Origin: Candidatus Cloacimonadota bacterium
Lineage (GTDB): Bacteria; Cloacimonadota; Cloacimonadia; JGIOTU-2
DNA: 64,000 nucleotides
Direction: 5' to 3'
NCBI GenBank assembly: GCA_049903315.1
Contig: JBNGBT010000005.1
Location: 1-64,000 of the forward strand
The notes below the pieces were generated by a model that saw only the letters and a program-made list of their open reading frames with translations, searched no databases and was not told the origin of the DNA. The translations under genes were made by a program, and so were the position numbers. Below, piece by piece: positions 38,213 through 47,885 of this stretch. Within the stretch, counting starts at the first letter, position 1; each line of letters starts with the position of its first letter.

Positions 38213-38884
38213 TTACTTCTTTTTTCGGAAAGATACTTTCGATTCTTCACCTTTTCGCAGGCGAGTAATATTTTCTTTATGACGATATATTATCAAAATT
38301 GCAATACAGGTTGTGAGAATGAGCAGTGGAATTTCCTTAAAATCGGGGATATTTCGTATGAGTTCAACGACCCAGAAACAAAAGACTGCACAAAGGGAAG
38401 CAAGAGAAATATAGCGTGATAGTGCTGCAATTAATAGGAATACTCCAGCAGAAATAAGCAATGGGATTGGGAGCAGACTCATCAATACACCTCCCCCTGT
38501 TGCAATACCTTTTCCACCCTTGAATCTCAGAAAAACCGGGTATACATGCCCGATGATCGCAACTAATCCGATCGCAACGATAGCAATCTGATAAGTTTGT
38601 GGATTTGTATAATCAAGGCAGGGATTAAAACCAAAAATTGTATGTTCGCATGATTGCGCAAGGAGGAGTTTGCCAATTTCGACTGCAAAAAATCCCTTAA
38701 AAAAATCAAAAATTAAAGAAATAATACCTGGAACAACTCCAAGAGTTCTCAGAACATTTGTAGCACCTGTGCTTTTGCTGCCATGTTCCCGAATATCAAT
38801 TTTTTTGATTATTTTACCCAGAATAAATCCGCTGGGAATTGCTCCAAGAAAATAGGAAATGAGTAAGGCAATAAATAAAATCAC
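38213..38884 (-). CDS. plsY: Glycerol-3-phosphate acyltransferase PlsY
   Basis: YFLGAIP, DIREHGS..TGATN..R, GHVYPVF..FKGGKGIAT, RHKENI.RL..G.E. Confidence 0.95.
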   Translation of the reverse strand: MILFIALLISYFLGAIPSGFILGKIIKKIDIREHGSKSTGATNVLRTLGVVPGIISLIFDFFKGFFAVEIGKLLLAQSCEHTIFGFNPCLDYTNPQTYQIAIVAIGLVAIIGHVYPVFLRFKGGKGIATGGGVLMSLLPIPLLISAGVFLLIAALSRYISLASLCAVFCFWVVELIRNIPDFKEIPLLILTTCIAILIIYRHKENITRLRKGEESKVSFRKKK

Positions 38885-40200
38885 GATTTATCCTTAAACT
38901 TTAATTTAATTGTGATGCCGTCGAAACCGAATTCGTCTCTGATCTGATTCTGGATGAATCTTTTATAATTTTCTGTGATCAGTGTGGCATTATTCATTGA
39001 GAAAAGGAAAAGTGGGGGATTGGTATCGACCTGCGATGCAAAATAGAATTTCACTCGTTTGTGGGATGTATGAGTAGGAGGATTTTGCGCAATGATCTTT
39101 TGAAGAAATGTATTCATTTCATGTGTAGGGATGCGCTTCTTTCTCTGTTGATTCACATAAAGTATAAGGTCAAGGAGTTTGGTAACACGCTGTCCCGATT
39201 TCGCAGAAATAAAAATAAGAGGAGCATAGCTTGCATAATTCACACTATAACGAATTTCCTCTTCGTATTTTTTTGCAGTTTTATGATCTTTCTCGATCAC
39301 ATCCCACTTATTAAATACAAGAATAATAGCTTTGAACTGGGACTGAGCATATTCAATAATCCTCTTATCCTGTACTGAGATCTCTTCTTGAGCATCCAGA
39401 AGAACAAGTACGATATCAGCATCGTCAATGCTGCGGAGACTTCGCAAGTTGCTGAAATACTCAATGCCAAATTTCACCCTGCTTTTTCTGCGCAATCCCG
39501 CTGTATCTATGATAGTCAAATCGTAATCCTTATATTTGAAATTGAGGTGCACAGAATCACGAGTTGTGCCGGGGATGTCCGTTACAATTACAGCATTTTG
39601 TCCTATGATCTTGTTAACTAATGAAGATTTTCCTACATTTGGCTTTCCGACCACTGCAATCTTGATGGTATCTTCTTTGAACTGTTCCTTCATTTCTTCA
39701 AGGGTTGGTAATCTATTTACGATCTGATCTTGAAGTTCTGAGAAATTTCTTCCGCCAAGTGCAGAAATTCCAATGGGTTCACCATATCCAAGGTTCATGA
39801 ACTCAAATATTTCAAGTTCCTCTTTTTCATTATCAACTTTATTTACAGTGAAGATGACTTTATCCTGAACAGGGAAAAGCATTTGTGCGATTTGCTGGTC
39901 ATAATCCGTTATCCCGTTCTTGCAATCTGCCACAAACACTATCAGATCTGCTTCTTCAATCGCAAGCTCTGCCTGCGCCTTGATGGACTGTGTCATAGTA
40001 TCATTTGTACTTGGCACGATCCCGCCGGTGTCAACTACAATAAAAGGATAACCATTCCACTCGGTTTGGTAATATTTTCTATCCCTGGTAACTCCGGATT
40101 CCTCATCAACGATCGCAAGTTTCCTCTTCACCATCCTGTTAAAAATGGTTGATTTGCCCACATTCGGGCGTCCTACTATTGCAACTATGGGTATAGACAT
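38881..40200 (-). CDS. der: Ribosome biogenesis GTPase Der
   Basis: Tandem G domains GRPNVGKS/DTGG/NKVD and GKPNVGKS/DTAG/NKWD. Confidence 0.98.
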   Translation of the reverse strand: MSIPIVAIVGRPNVGKSTIFNRMVKRKLAIVDEESGVTRDRKYYQTEWNGYPFIVVDTGGIVPSTNDTMTQSIKAQAELAIEEADLIVFVADCKNGITDYDQQIAQMLFPVQDKVIFTVNKVDNEKEELEIFEFMNLGYGEPIGISALGGRNFSELQDQIVNRLPTLEEMKEQFKEDTIKIAVVGKPNVGKSSLVNKIIGQNAVIVTDIPGTTRDSVHLNFKYKDYDLTIIDTAGLRRKSRVKFGIEYFSNLRSLRSIDDADIVLVLLDAQEEISVQDKRIIEYAQSQFKAIILVFNKWDVIEKDHKTAKKYEEEIRYSVNYASYAPLIFISAKSGQRVTKLLDLILYVNQQRKKRIPTHEMNTFLQKIIAQNPPTHTSHKRVKFYFASQVDTNPPLFLFSMNNATLITENYKRFIQNQIRDEFGFDGITIKLKFKDKS

Positions 40201-40427
40201 AATTTATTAAAATACAGTGGGATTTTCAGGGAAAAGCTTGTCAAATATTTCGTGGATTGAGCGCGAATCATACAGATAAATATTTATAAATGAGTGTAGT
40301 AGAGGAGGAAATGGAACACTGATTAGCACTGATTGGGCTGATTAACGATGATTAAATACAAAGAAAAATGAAAATTTTTTCTGCCTTCTAAGACGTAGAG
40401 TAACTGAGATTTATGAATGAAACTAAC

Positions 40428-41747
40428 TTATTTGAGATTCGCAAGGCAATTATCGCACTCATGATGGGAACAGAACAGGTAAAAGAGTTGGATCATTCCC
40501 TGTTGCATCTGTAAGTTGATGCGGAAACGAATGCCGTCTTTCAGAAGAGTGTGCATATAATGGGTAATGTAATTATCTGATAGTTTCGGGAGTTCGCCAT
40601 ACACTGTAGCGATCACTTTCTGCAATGTGTCATAATGCAACGTTTCTGCATAGACATAGCATATCGGCAAAATAATATTTGAGAAAATATCCCTGCTTCG
40701 GGATGAACCGATCGACGGATGATCCGCTTCACTTAATAAGCTTGAAAACTCTTCTTCGATTTTCCGAGCATCAATTTTCTGTGTATCTCCATAACTAAAA
40801 AGTGCAATGATCGAGTTGATGAGATTTCCTTGCTCAAGAGCGGTGTAAAGAAAAGGTGCAATTTGCCAGAGTCTGTACACTGGATGATTTTGTGGACGGC
40901 AACGGAAGAAATTCCACTCATCTTTGTGGAGTGTAGGGTAAGATTTTGCATGAAAACGAGAATGAATTCTATCAAATCGCTTTAGAAGTTTTTCTTCAAT
41001 GAAAGTGAAATTATACTCATGCAGATCAAGTCCGCAGGTTAAAAGAAGTATGCAAAAGATATCTTCGAAACCTTTTAACTCGTTCATGAATGTTTTCAAT
41101 TTTTGAAATGGAAGCAGCTTTGCCAGCTTAAAAAACGGCATTTTGTTCTTTCCGTATCCAAGTGCTTCGATTATTCCTTCATAGAGGATCTGGTTGAAAT
41201 CTGAGTTGTATAGTTCAGCGGAAAAGCGTTTACTCTTCTTTAAAAAGCGCTCCTTACCCAGTTTGAGAAGTATATTCTTAAGAAGATCAGGATTGTGCAA
41301 ATCCTTTACCAGAAGGCATTCGATCGTTTTTTGCTGAGAGGTGTCGAAAGGTTTTTGTCCATATCGTTTCCATAGTTTGTCTATCTGCTGATCCAGATTG
41401 GGCTGGAGTTCGAGGATAGGTATTTTACTGCCGTTTTCTGTGATAGTAAATTCAGCATTTTGCTCATTTGAAAAGACGACGTGAAGAATGACGTTGTTAT
41501 AATTTTTATCCTCATGATGATTGTGAGCTTTCCAATCATATTCATGTGTATGTATCTCGACATCCCCTTGCAGCTTTTTCCCGTCAAATAGAATGATGCT
41601 ATTCACAAAATCAGGTCCGGCATCAGTATTCCATTTGCCCTGAAAAAGTATCTTTAGTTTAGATCCTGCTACAGTTATTATGCTATCTTTAAGATGCTGT
41701 TCATCCCAGATATGATACAAAAAATTTTCTGCAATATTTTTTTTCAT
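40428..41747 (-). CDS. DUF2851 family protein
   Basis: E.FLYHIW, N.DAGPDF, GDVEIH, W..H.H..D.NY.NVILHVV, RPQNHP, QQG.IQL...FC....C..C; RBS AGAGGG before ATG 41747. Confidence 0.85.
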   Translation of the reverse strand: MKKNIAENFLYHIWDEQHLKDSIITVAGSKLKILFQGKWNTDAGPDFVNSIILFDGKKLQGDVEIHTHEYDWKAHNHHEDKNYNNVILHVVFSNEQNAEFTITENGSKIPILELQPNLDQQIDKLWKRYGQKPFDTSQQKTIECLLVKDLHNPDLLKNILLKLGKERFLKKSKRFSAELYNSDFNQILYEGIIEALGYGKNKMPFFKLAKLLPFQKLKTFMNELKGFEDIFCILLLTCGLDLHEYNFTFIEEKLLKRFDRIHSRFHAKSYPTLHKDEWNFFRCRPQNHPVYRLWQIAPFLYTALEQGNLINSIIALFSYGDTQKIDARKIEEEFSSLLSEADHPSIGSSRSRDIFSNIILPICYVYAETLHYDTLQKVIATVYGELPKLSDNYITHYMHTLLKDGIRFRINLQMQQGMIQLFYLFCSHHECDNCLANLK

Positions 41748-41901
41748 GTGTCCCTCTTGATGATAATTGGATAGAAAAAAGTAATATTTATTTGTCAATT
41801 TTCTTGTAATGAATATATTTTTTTCAGTAAAATTTGACACAAGATTTGTAATGTACAAATTAGTCGATAATTACAGAAAAAAATCCATCCATGGAGGCCT
41901 C

Positions 41902-42183
41902 ATGACCAAAGCCGATTTAATTCAGGCAATTTCTCAGGAAACGGGAATTATATTAAAGGATACTAAAATTATCGTTGATGCACTCTTGGATAATATAAAG
42001 ATCAGTATGATCAATGGAGAGCACATAGAACTTAGAGGATTTGGTACCTTTAAAAATAAAGTACGTAAATCGCGCATCGCACGTAATCCCAACACAAAGG
42101 ACCTTGTTCATCTTCCAGAACGAGTGGTTCCCACCTTTAAGTTTTCAAAATTCTTTATTGACGAAGTAATGGATAACAACTAA
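41902..42183 (+). CDS. hup: HU/IHF family DNA-binding protein
   Basis: MTKADL, IELRGFGTF, ARNP.T, P.FK; RBS GGAGG. Confidence 0.93.
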   Translation: MTKADLIQAISQETGIILKDTKIIVDALLDNIKISMINGEHIELRGFGTFKNKVRKSRIARNPNTKDLVHLPERVVPTFKFSKFFIDEVMDNN

Positions 42184-42199
42184 TCATTTTGGAGATTCA

Positions 42200-42289
42200 A
42201 TGCCCTGCGGGAAAAAAAGAAAAAAAGCTAAAATCAATAAGCATAAACGTAAAAAAAGATTAAAAAAGAACCGTCATAAAAAGAAATAA
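42200..42289 (+). CDS. 29-aa basic protein, bS22/mS38 (AURKAIP1/COX24-like) ribosomal protein
   Basis: Manual translation MPCGKKRKKAKINKHKRKKRLKKNRHKKK; RBS GGAG; below the ORF-track length cutoff. Confidence 0.85.
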   Translation: MPCGKKRKKAKINKHKRKKRLKKNRHKKK

Positions 42290-42341
42290 TGATGCTTTGC
42301 TGGTTTAAATAGCACACGCATCTAAAATTGGAGTACGGTAT

Positions 42342-42539
42342 ATGTACAAAATATTAGCGAAACTCAGTGCTATTGCTGCAGCTATATTATTACTTCTTGG
42401 AATAATAGATAAGATATTCTTTCCACACAGCAATATCCTTTTACAGCATGAGAACTATTTCATTGCTGCAAACCCATTCATTTTGTTTGGGATATTCTTC
42501 CTTGTCGCATCTTATATGAAGTCTAGGAATAAAGAATAG
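42342..42539 (+). CDS. Small 2-TM membrane protein
   Basis: RBS GGAG; two hydrophobic segments. Confidence 0.6.
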   Translation: MYKILAKLSAIAAAILLLLGIIDKIFFPHSNILLQHENYFIAANPFILFGIFFLVASYMKSRNKE

Positions 42540-42577
42540 TATAATAGTTCGTCTCATCACATTCACTCAAAATAAAA

Positions 42578-42654
42578 TGGTCGGGATGGCCGGATTTGAA
42601 CCGGCGACTTCTTCGTCCCGAACGAAGCGCGCTACCGGGCTGCGCTACATCCCG
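42578..42654 (-). tRNA. tRNA-Pro(CGG)
   Basis: Reverse complement CGGGATGTAGCGCAGCCCGGTAGCGCGCTTCGTTCGGGACGAAGAAGTCGCCGGTTCAAATCCGGCCATCCCGACCA folds as a cloverleaf; anticodon CGG; CCA encoded. Confidence 0.97.
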
Positions 42655-42750
42655 ACTGGGAATCAAAACCTTAGTATGAGAATCATCTGTCAAGAAAAAG
42701 CAATGCCACGCCATTCATACACGGTTGAGAGAAAAGAGTGCGAGTTTTCA

Positions 42751-42778
42751 TTGACAAATATTACTAGCAGGATAGAAT
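42751..42778 (+). promoter_or_regulatory. Sigma-70-type promoter for the lon operon
   Basis: TTGACA-N16-TAGAAT, 31 nt upstream of the lon ATG. Confidence 0.6.
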
Positions 42779-42809
42779 TTATTGTAAATAATTTAGGTTT
42801 TATGTATAT

Positions 42810-45158
42810 ATGACAGAAAAAATATTGAAAGAACAAGAAAATACACTTCCGATAATTCCCACTAGAAATATTGTGATCTTTCCTCAAATGATCGTACCTC
42901 TGGTCATCGGAAGAACGCATTCTATCAAAGCAACTGAAGAAGCATACGGAAAGAACAAAATAATTTTTTGTGTTGCACAGAAATCTCCTGATACACAAAA
43001 ACCTCAGCAAGAGGATATGTACGATATGGGAGTGGTCTGCCAGATCTTACAAATTTTAAAAATGCCTGACGCAACCATTCGAATTCTTGTTGAGGGATTG
43101 CAGCGTGCTAAGATAGAGGAGCTGTATTATTCTGATGATTATATGAGTGCAAAACTCGATCTCATACCCAAAGAAACTTTGAAAGAAACCTCGGAGAATA
43201 TAGCGTTACTACAAACATTGGCACATGATTTCAAAGAATATGGAAAACTAAGCAGAAACTTCTCCGATGATGTGCTTATCACCTATGAGAATCTAAAATC
43301 AATGGACGACAAGGTCGATTTTATTGCATCGAATATCGACCTCGATCTGGAAGTGAAGCAAAAGCTTCTTGAACTCAATCTCATGGAACGTATCTTCGAT
43401 TTGATCGAATACATCTCCAAGGAACTGGAGATTTTAAAGATCCGCAAGAAAATCGCAGGTGAGGTAAGAAGTAAGCTGACAAAAAGCCAGAAGGAATATT
43501 TTCTCAACCAGGAGCTGAAAGCGATCCAGAAGGAGCTTGGTTTTTCCGAAGATCAGAACGTAGAAGTACGTGAGCTTGAAAAAAAGATTCGTAAACTTCA
43601 GCTTACTGAGGAAGCAAAAGAGAAAACCGAATATGAACTGAACAAACTGCGTAGAACCAATCCCATTTCACCCGAATACTCAGTTTCATTAAACTATCTT
43701 AACTGGCTCACCGATTTACCGTGGAATAATCCTAAAAAGGGACGGTTTGACCTCGCAGAAACAGAAAAAATTCTTGATGAAGATCATTACGGTTTGAAAA
43801 AGATCAAAGAGCGCATTGTCGAATATCTTGCAGTACTCAAAATGGTCAAAAAAGTAAAAGGTCAAATATTATGTTTTGTCGGTCCGCCGGGTGTTGGAAA
43901 AACATCGCTGGGACAATCAATTGCACGAGCACTGAACCGAAAGTTCGTACGTCTTTCTCTCGGCGGGGTGCGCGATGAAGCAGAAATTCGAGGGCACAGA
44001 AAAACATATATTGGCGCAATGCCGGGAATAATCATCCAGGCAATGAAGCGCGTCAGCACAAAGAATCCTGTGATAATGCTCGATGAAGTCGATAAAATGA
44101 GCATGGATTTCCGTGGAGATCCTTCTGCTGCATTGCTGGAAGTGCTCGATCCGGAACAGAATTATGAATTCCATGATCATTATATTGAGATTGGATACGA
44201 TCTCTCGCAGGTGCTTTTTATAACCACTGCGAACAATCTTTTTTCGATTCCTCCTGCGCTTCAGGATAGAATGGAAGTTATTACACTGCCGGGATATACT
44301 GAACTTGAAAAGTGCCGGATTGCAGAGGGATTTCTTCTTCCAAAACAGGTGGAGAAACATGGTTTCAACCATAAGATTACAGTAGAATTTTCTGATAATG
44401 CCTTACTTAAAATAATAAGAAATTATACTCGTGAAGCAGGTGTCCGCAACCTCGAAAGAAATATTTCTTCGATTCTTCGAAAAATTGTGCGAGAATATCT
44501 AAAAGATAAAAAAAATAATTCCTATAAAGTGAATGAATCCAGTATCAGAAAATATCTTGGTGTAGAGAAATATCTCTACTCAGATGTAAAGAAAGAAGAT
44601 AATGTTGGCGTGGCAAACGGACTCGCATGGACTTCTGTGGGTGGTGTTCTCTTACAGGTAGAAGCCGTTGTTCTGGAAGGAAAAGGCAATCTTTCTCTCA
44701 CCGGAAAACTTGGCGACGTTATGAAAGAGTCAGCAAGCGCTGCACTGAGTTATGCCAGAGCTCATTATGCAGATTTCGGAATTAAAAAGGAGTTTTATAA
44801 AACGAAAGATCTCCACATCCATGTTCCCGAAGGTGCGATCCCCAAAGATGGTCCTTCGGCAGGGATAACTATCGCGACTGCAATTATATCAGCGCTTTCA
44901 AAAAGAAAAGTGCGCGTGGATTACGCAATGACAGGTGAGATCACTCTCATGGGAGACGTGCTGCCGATTGGCGGATTGGAAGAGAAACTGGTTGCTGCTC
45001 AACGTGCAAAAATAAAAAATATAATTATTCCGCAAAAAAACTTTAGAGAATTGACGGAAATTCCGAAACAGATTAAAAAGGGATTAAATATTATATCAGT
45101 CGCAACAATGGATGAGGTGCTCGAGCATGCATTACATAAGGATACAGGTGTTGAATAG
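42810..45158 (+). CDS. lon: ATP-dependent protease La
   Basis: DHYGL..IKERI, GPPGVGKTS, LDEVDK, PKDGPSAG, MTGEITL, K..AA. Confidence 0.98.
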   Translation: MTEKILKEQENTLPIIPTRNIVIFPQMIVPLVIGRTHSIKATEEAYGKNKIIFCVAQKSPDTQKPQQEDMYDMGVVCQILQILKMPDATIRILVEGLQRAKIEELYYSDDYMSAKLDLIPKETLKETSENIALLQTLAHDFKEYGKLSRNFSDDVLITYENLKSMDDKVDFIASNIDLDLEVKQKLLELNLMERIFDLIEYISKELEILKIRKKIAGEVRSKLTKSQKEYFLNQELKAIQKELGFSEDQNVEVRELEKKIRKLQLTEEAKEKTEYELNKLRRTNPISPEYSVSLNYLNWLTDLPWNNPKKGRFDLAETEKILDEDHYGLKKIKERIVEYLAVLKMVKKVKGQILCFVGPPGVGKTSLGQSIARALNRKFVRLSLGGVRDEAEIRGHRKTYIGAMPGIIIQAMKRVSTKNPVIMLDEVDKMSMDFRGDPSAALLEVLDPEQNYEFHDHYIEIGYDLSQVLFITTANNLFSIPPALQDRMEVITLPGYTELEKCRIAEGFLLPKQVEKHGFNHKITVEFSDNALLKIIRNYTREAGVRNLERNISSILRKIVREYLKDKKNNSYKVNESSIRKYLGVEKYLYSDVKKEDNVGVANGLAWTSVGGVLLQVEAVVLEGKGNLSLTGKLGDVMKESASAALSYARAHYADFGIKKEFYKTKDLHIHVPEGAIPKDGPSAGITIATAIISALSKRKVRVDYAMTGEITLMGDVLPIGGLEEKLVAAQRAKIKNIIIPQKNFRELTEIPKQIKKGLNIISVATMDEVLEHALHKDTGVE

Positions 45159-45392
45159 ATGGATTTTGAAATAGTCTCAAGAACAAAAATAGAAGGAAAT
45201 TCTGAGGAACTCGTATTGAAAACTGAGAAAAACAATCTGCAGCTTCTCGGATATATACTTGAAACGGTCGAAGGAATGTGCCATTACACCACTGTAGATA
45301 ATGAAGAAACATTGCTCAAAATCGTTTATACACTTGATTTCAAAGAAGATGTTGACCGAGTTTTACAGTCACTCAAGGAACATAAGAATTAA
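45159..45392 (+). CDS. DUF4911-like small protein
   Basis: YILE..EG....TTVD pattern; starts immediately after the lon stop. Confidence 0.65.
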   Translation: MDFEIVSRTKIEGNSEELVLKTEKNNLQLLGYILETVEGMCHYTTVDNEETLLKIVYTLDFKEDVDRVLQSLKEHKN

Positions 45393-45410
45393 GACTAATT
45401 CTTCCGCTTG

Positions 45411-45765
45411 ATGGATCTCAATAATAAAATTGCACAATTAATTGCGGGAAATGTCAGGATCGCCGCTCAGATTAACACTCATATCGAAAATCAGAATACA
45501 GTACAAGAAATTATATCACATGATCCAGGATCATCAAAAATTGCAGCAGGAAAATAAGATGCTTCACGTAAGACACTGGGCACATATCAAGAATGAGGTC
45601 ATATACAATTTGCAGCAACCAATACACTCTCATATTAAAAAAATTGTTGTCTCCGACCACGAAATTGAAGATCTGATTGATGATGTATTTGACAATAAAT
45701 CCGACCCTTTGACAATATCACTTTCATTGATTGAAAAATCCCAAAATAATTCAGAAACGGAGTGA
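45411..45765 (+). pseudogene. meaB: Internally deleted MeaB/ArgK GTPase remnant
   Basis: From ATG 45411, MDLNNKIAQLIAGNVRIAAQINTHIEN resembles the MeaB N-terminus. In another frame, KLYHMIQDHQK...IEDLIDDVFDNKSDPLTIS resembles the MeaB C-terminus. No P-loop lies between them. Confidence 0.55.
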
Positions 45766-47000
45766 ACATGAAGCTTTGCGTGTTCGAAGATAGTTCGTGG
45801 GATCATTTCCTACCTCTTACATATACGAGAGCTTATTTTGATTTGAAATGCGGAATTCTAAAACTCAGGCATAAGATCTCGCGCTTTTATCCTGATGATG
45901 AGAAATATTTGATCCTGCGTGAAGAGCTTAAGCAATTATATATATCTCGATATCCTGAATATAAAATCAATCATTTTGAAAAGGGAGAGTATCTTTTCAT
46001 TAACGGCAGGCTGCTTTTCGATGAAATGATGAAGCAAGAACTTGATTCTCTCGAATTGGAAACTGGACTCTTCAACGATGATGCTTGCATTGCTGCAAGA
46101 GTTCTCATTGGACATGAAGGAGATATTTCAACAGAGCACCTGCCCAAAATATTTTCCAAACTGAAGAAAATAGATACGAAAATACAACCAATTCAATATA
46201 TCTGGGAATTGGTTGCAAAAAATGAGGAGCAAATAGCTCTCGATTATAAATTTTTGATAAAAAACAAGATAAGTCAGCATTTGCAGGACGGAACATTCCA
46301 TATGATGAACTTCTCTGAAATATTCTTTGGAGAAGACGTCATAATTGAACCGGGAGTCGTGCTCGATGCAACCAATGGGCCGATCATGATAGATGATGAT
46401 GCACAAATTATGGCAAATGCAGTTATCAAAGGTCCTGTGTATGTAGGTAAAGGAAGTACAGTAAAAGTCGGAGCCAAAATTTATGAAGGCACTTCTATCG
46501 GAAAAGTATGCAAGGTCGGCGGTGAAGTCGAGGGAACAATATTTCAGGCGTTCTCAAATAAACAGCATGAAGGATTCCTCGGTCATTCATATATTGGCGA
46601 GTGGGTGAACATCGGTGCAGATGCGAATAACAGCGACTTGAAAAATAATTATAATCATGTGAAAACTTTTTATTATCCGCTAAGAAATTTTAAAGATACC
46701 GGTTCACAATTTTTCGGCGCTGTTTTTGCAGATCATGTCAAAACCGGCATCAACACAACTTTCAATACAGGTATTGTTATCGGAGTTGGGTGCAATCTCT
46801 ACTCATCTTTGCTTTTCAGTGGATTTATTCCGTCTTTCAGTATTGGAAGCGCGAACAGAATGGGGGAATATCATCTGAAAAAGATGCTCCAAACTGCAGA
46901 AATCGTAAAATCAAGAAGAGGGCTTGAACTCACGGATGACGAAAAAACAATTTTGGAGAGTTGTTACAAAAGATCGGCATCTCTCAGAAAAATATTTTAA
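45762..47000 (+). CDS. GlmU-like putative sugar nucleotidyltransferase with hexapeptide repeats
   Basis: FED....FLPLTYTR...DL.CGI, FINGR, hexapeptide region, KVGGEVE, NKQHEGFLGHSYIGEWVNIGA...NSDLKN. Confidence 0.85.
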   Translation: MNMKLCVFEDSSWDHFLPLTYTRAYFDLKCGILKLRHKISRFYPDDEKYLILREELKQLYISRYPEYKINHFEKGEYLFINGRLLFDEMMKQELDSLELETGLFNDDACIAARVLIGHEGDISTEHLPKIFSKLKKIDTKIQPIQYIWELVAKNEEQIALDYKFLIKNKISQHLQDGTFHMMNFSEIFFGEDVIIEPGVVLDATNGPIMIDDDAQIMANAVIKGPVYVGKGSTVKVGAKIYEGTSIGKVCKVGGEVEGTIFQAFSNKQHEGFLGHSYIGEWVNIGADANNSDLKNNYNHVKTFYYPLRNFKDTGSQFFGAVFADHVKTGINTTFNTGIVIGVGCNLYSSLLFSGFIPSFSIGSANRMGEYHLKKMLQTAEIVKSRRGLELTDDEKTILESCYKRSASLRKIF

Positions 47001-47015
47001 AAGGTTTTATACATA

Positions 47016-47885
47016 ATGAACGGATTAATAGAAGTTAAATTCAAACAAGACGAAAAACGGTATTACGAAAATACTCATGATATCGAATTGAGAAAAGGTT
47101 TGTACGTGATTGTTGAAGCGGAAAAGGGCGCAGACATGGGTTATGTGGGTAATTACCCGCTTGAAAAAGAGAAACTCAATCTTCCCGAATCCTATGAGAT
47201 AAGAAAAATTATCCGCATTGCGAGTGAGGATGATGTCGAAAAGATGAACCGCATTCATGAAAAAGAAGAAGATGCCAAGAATAAATTTCTCGATGCGCTC
47301 AAAGAGCAACCCTTTGAAATGGACCTTGTAGATGTCGAATACCAGTATGACGGCAACAAACTCACTTTTTATTTCATGGCAGAAACAAGAGTAGACTTCC
47401 GGGATTTCCTGAAAGTGCTCGCGCGGATATTCCGAACTCGTATTGAACTCCGCCAGATCAATGAGCGTCAGGAAATTAAACGACTCGGAGGTGTGGGTCC
47501 TTGCGGCAGAGAGTTGTGCTGCAAAAATCTCGATCTCAATTTTGACCGTGTCACCATCCAGATGGCTAAAGACCAGAATGTGAGTGTGACCTCATCTAAA
47601 ATGTGCGGACTGTGCGGAAAACTCCTGTGCTGCCTCGCCTATGAAGAAGAATTTTATAAGGAAGAAGCAGAGAAATATCCGGAAATTGGTGAAGAGATAT
47701 TCTATAACGATAAGAAAATGAGGGTAGGAAAAAATAATTATCTTACTTACAGAATTGAACTGAGAGATGAGAACGGCGTGCTAACAACTATTAGTTTTGA
47801 TGATTATCTTGAGCAAAAAATTAAAAAGAAAAGGGCTAAATTTCAAGCAAAAAAGAACAAGAGAACCAAAGATGAACAACATTAA
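47016..47885 (+). CDS. ricT: PSP1/RicT (YaaT) family protein
   Basis: RVDFR, RTRIELRQI, GG.GPCGRELCC, MAKDQ, G.CGKL.CCL.YE. Confidence 0.92.
   Translation: MNGLIEVKFKQDEKRYYENTHDIELRKGLYVIVEAEKGADMGYVGNYPLEKEKLNLPESYEIRKIIRIASEDDVEKMNRIHEKEEDAKNKFLDALKEQPFEMDLVDVEYQYDGNKLTFYFMAETRVDFRDFLKVLARIFRTRIELRQINERQEIKRLGGVGPCGRELCCKNLDLNFDRVTIQMAKDQNVSVTSSKMCGLCGKLLCCLAYEEEFYKEEAEKYPEIGEEIFYNDKKMRVGKNNYLTYRIELRDENGVLTTISFDDYLEQKIKKKRAKFQAKKNKRTKDEQH

Noticed and set aside
45442..45765. 107-aa ORF as a stand-alone hypothetical gene
   Set aside because: It has a TTG start without a clear RBS and is better explained as the C-terminal fragment of a deleted meaB.
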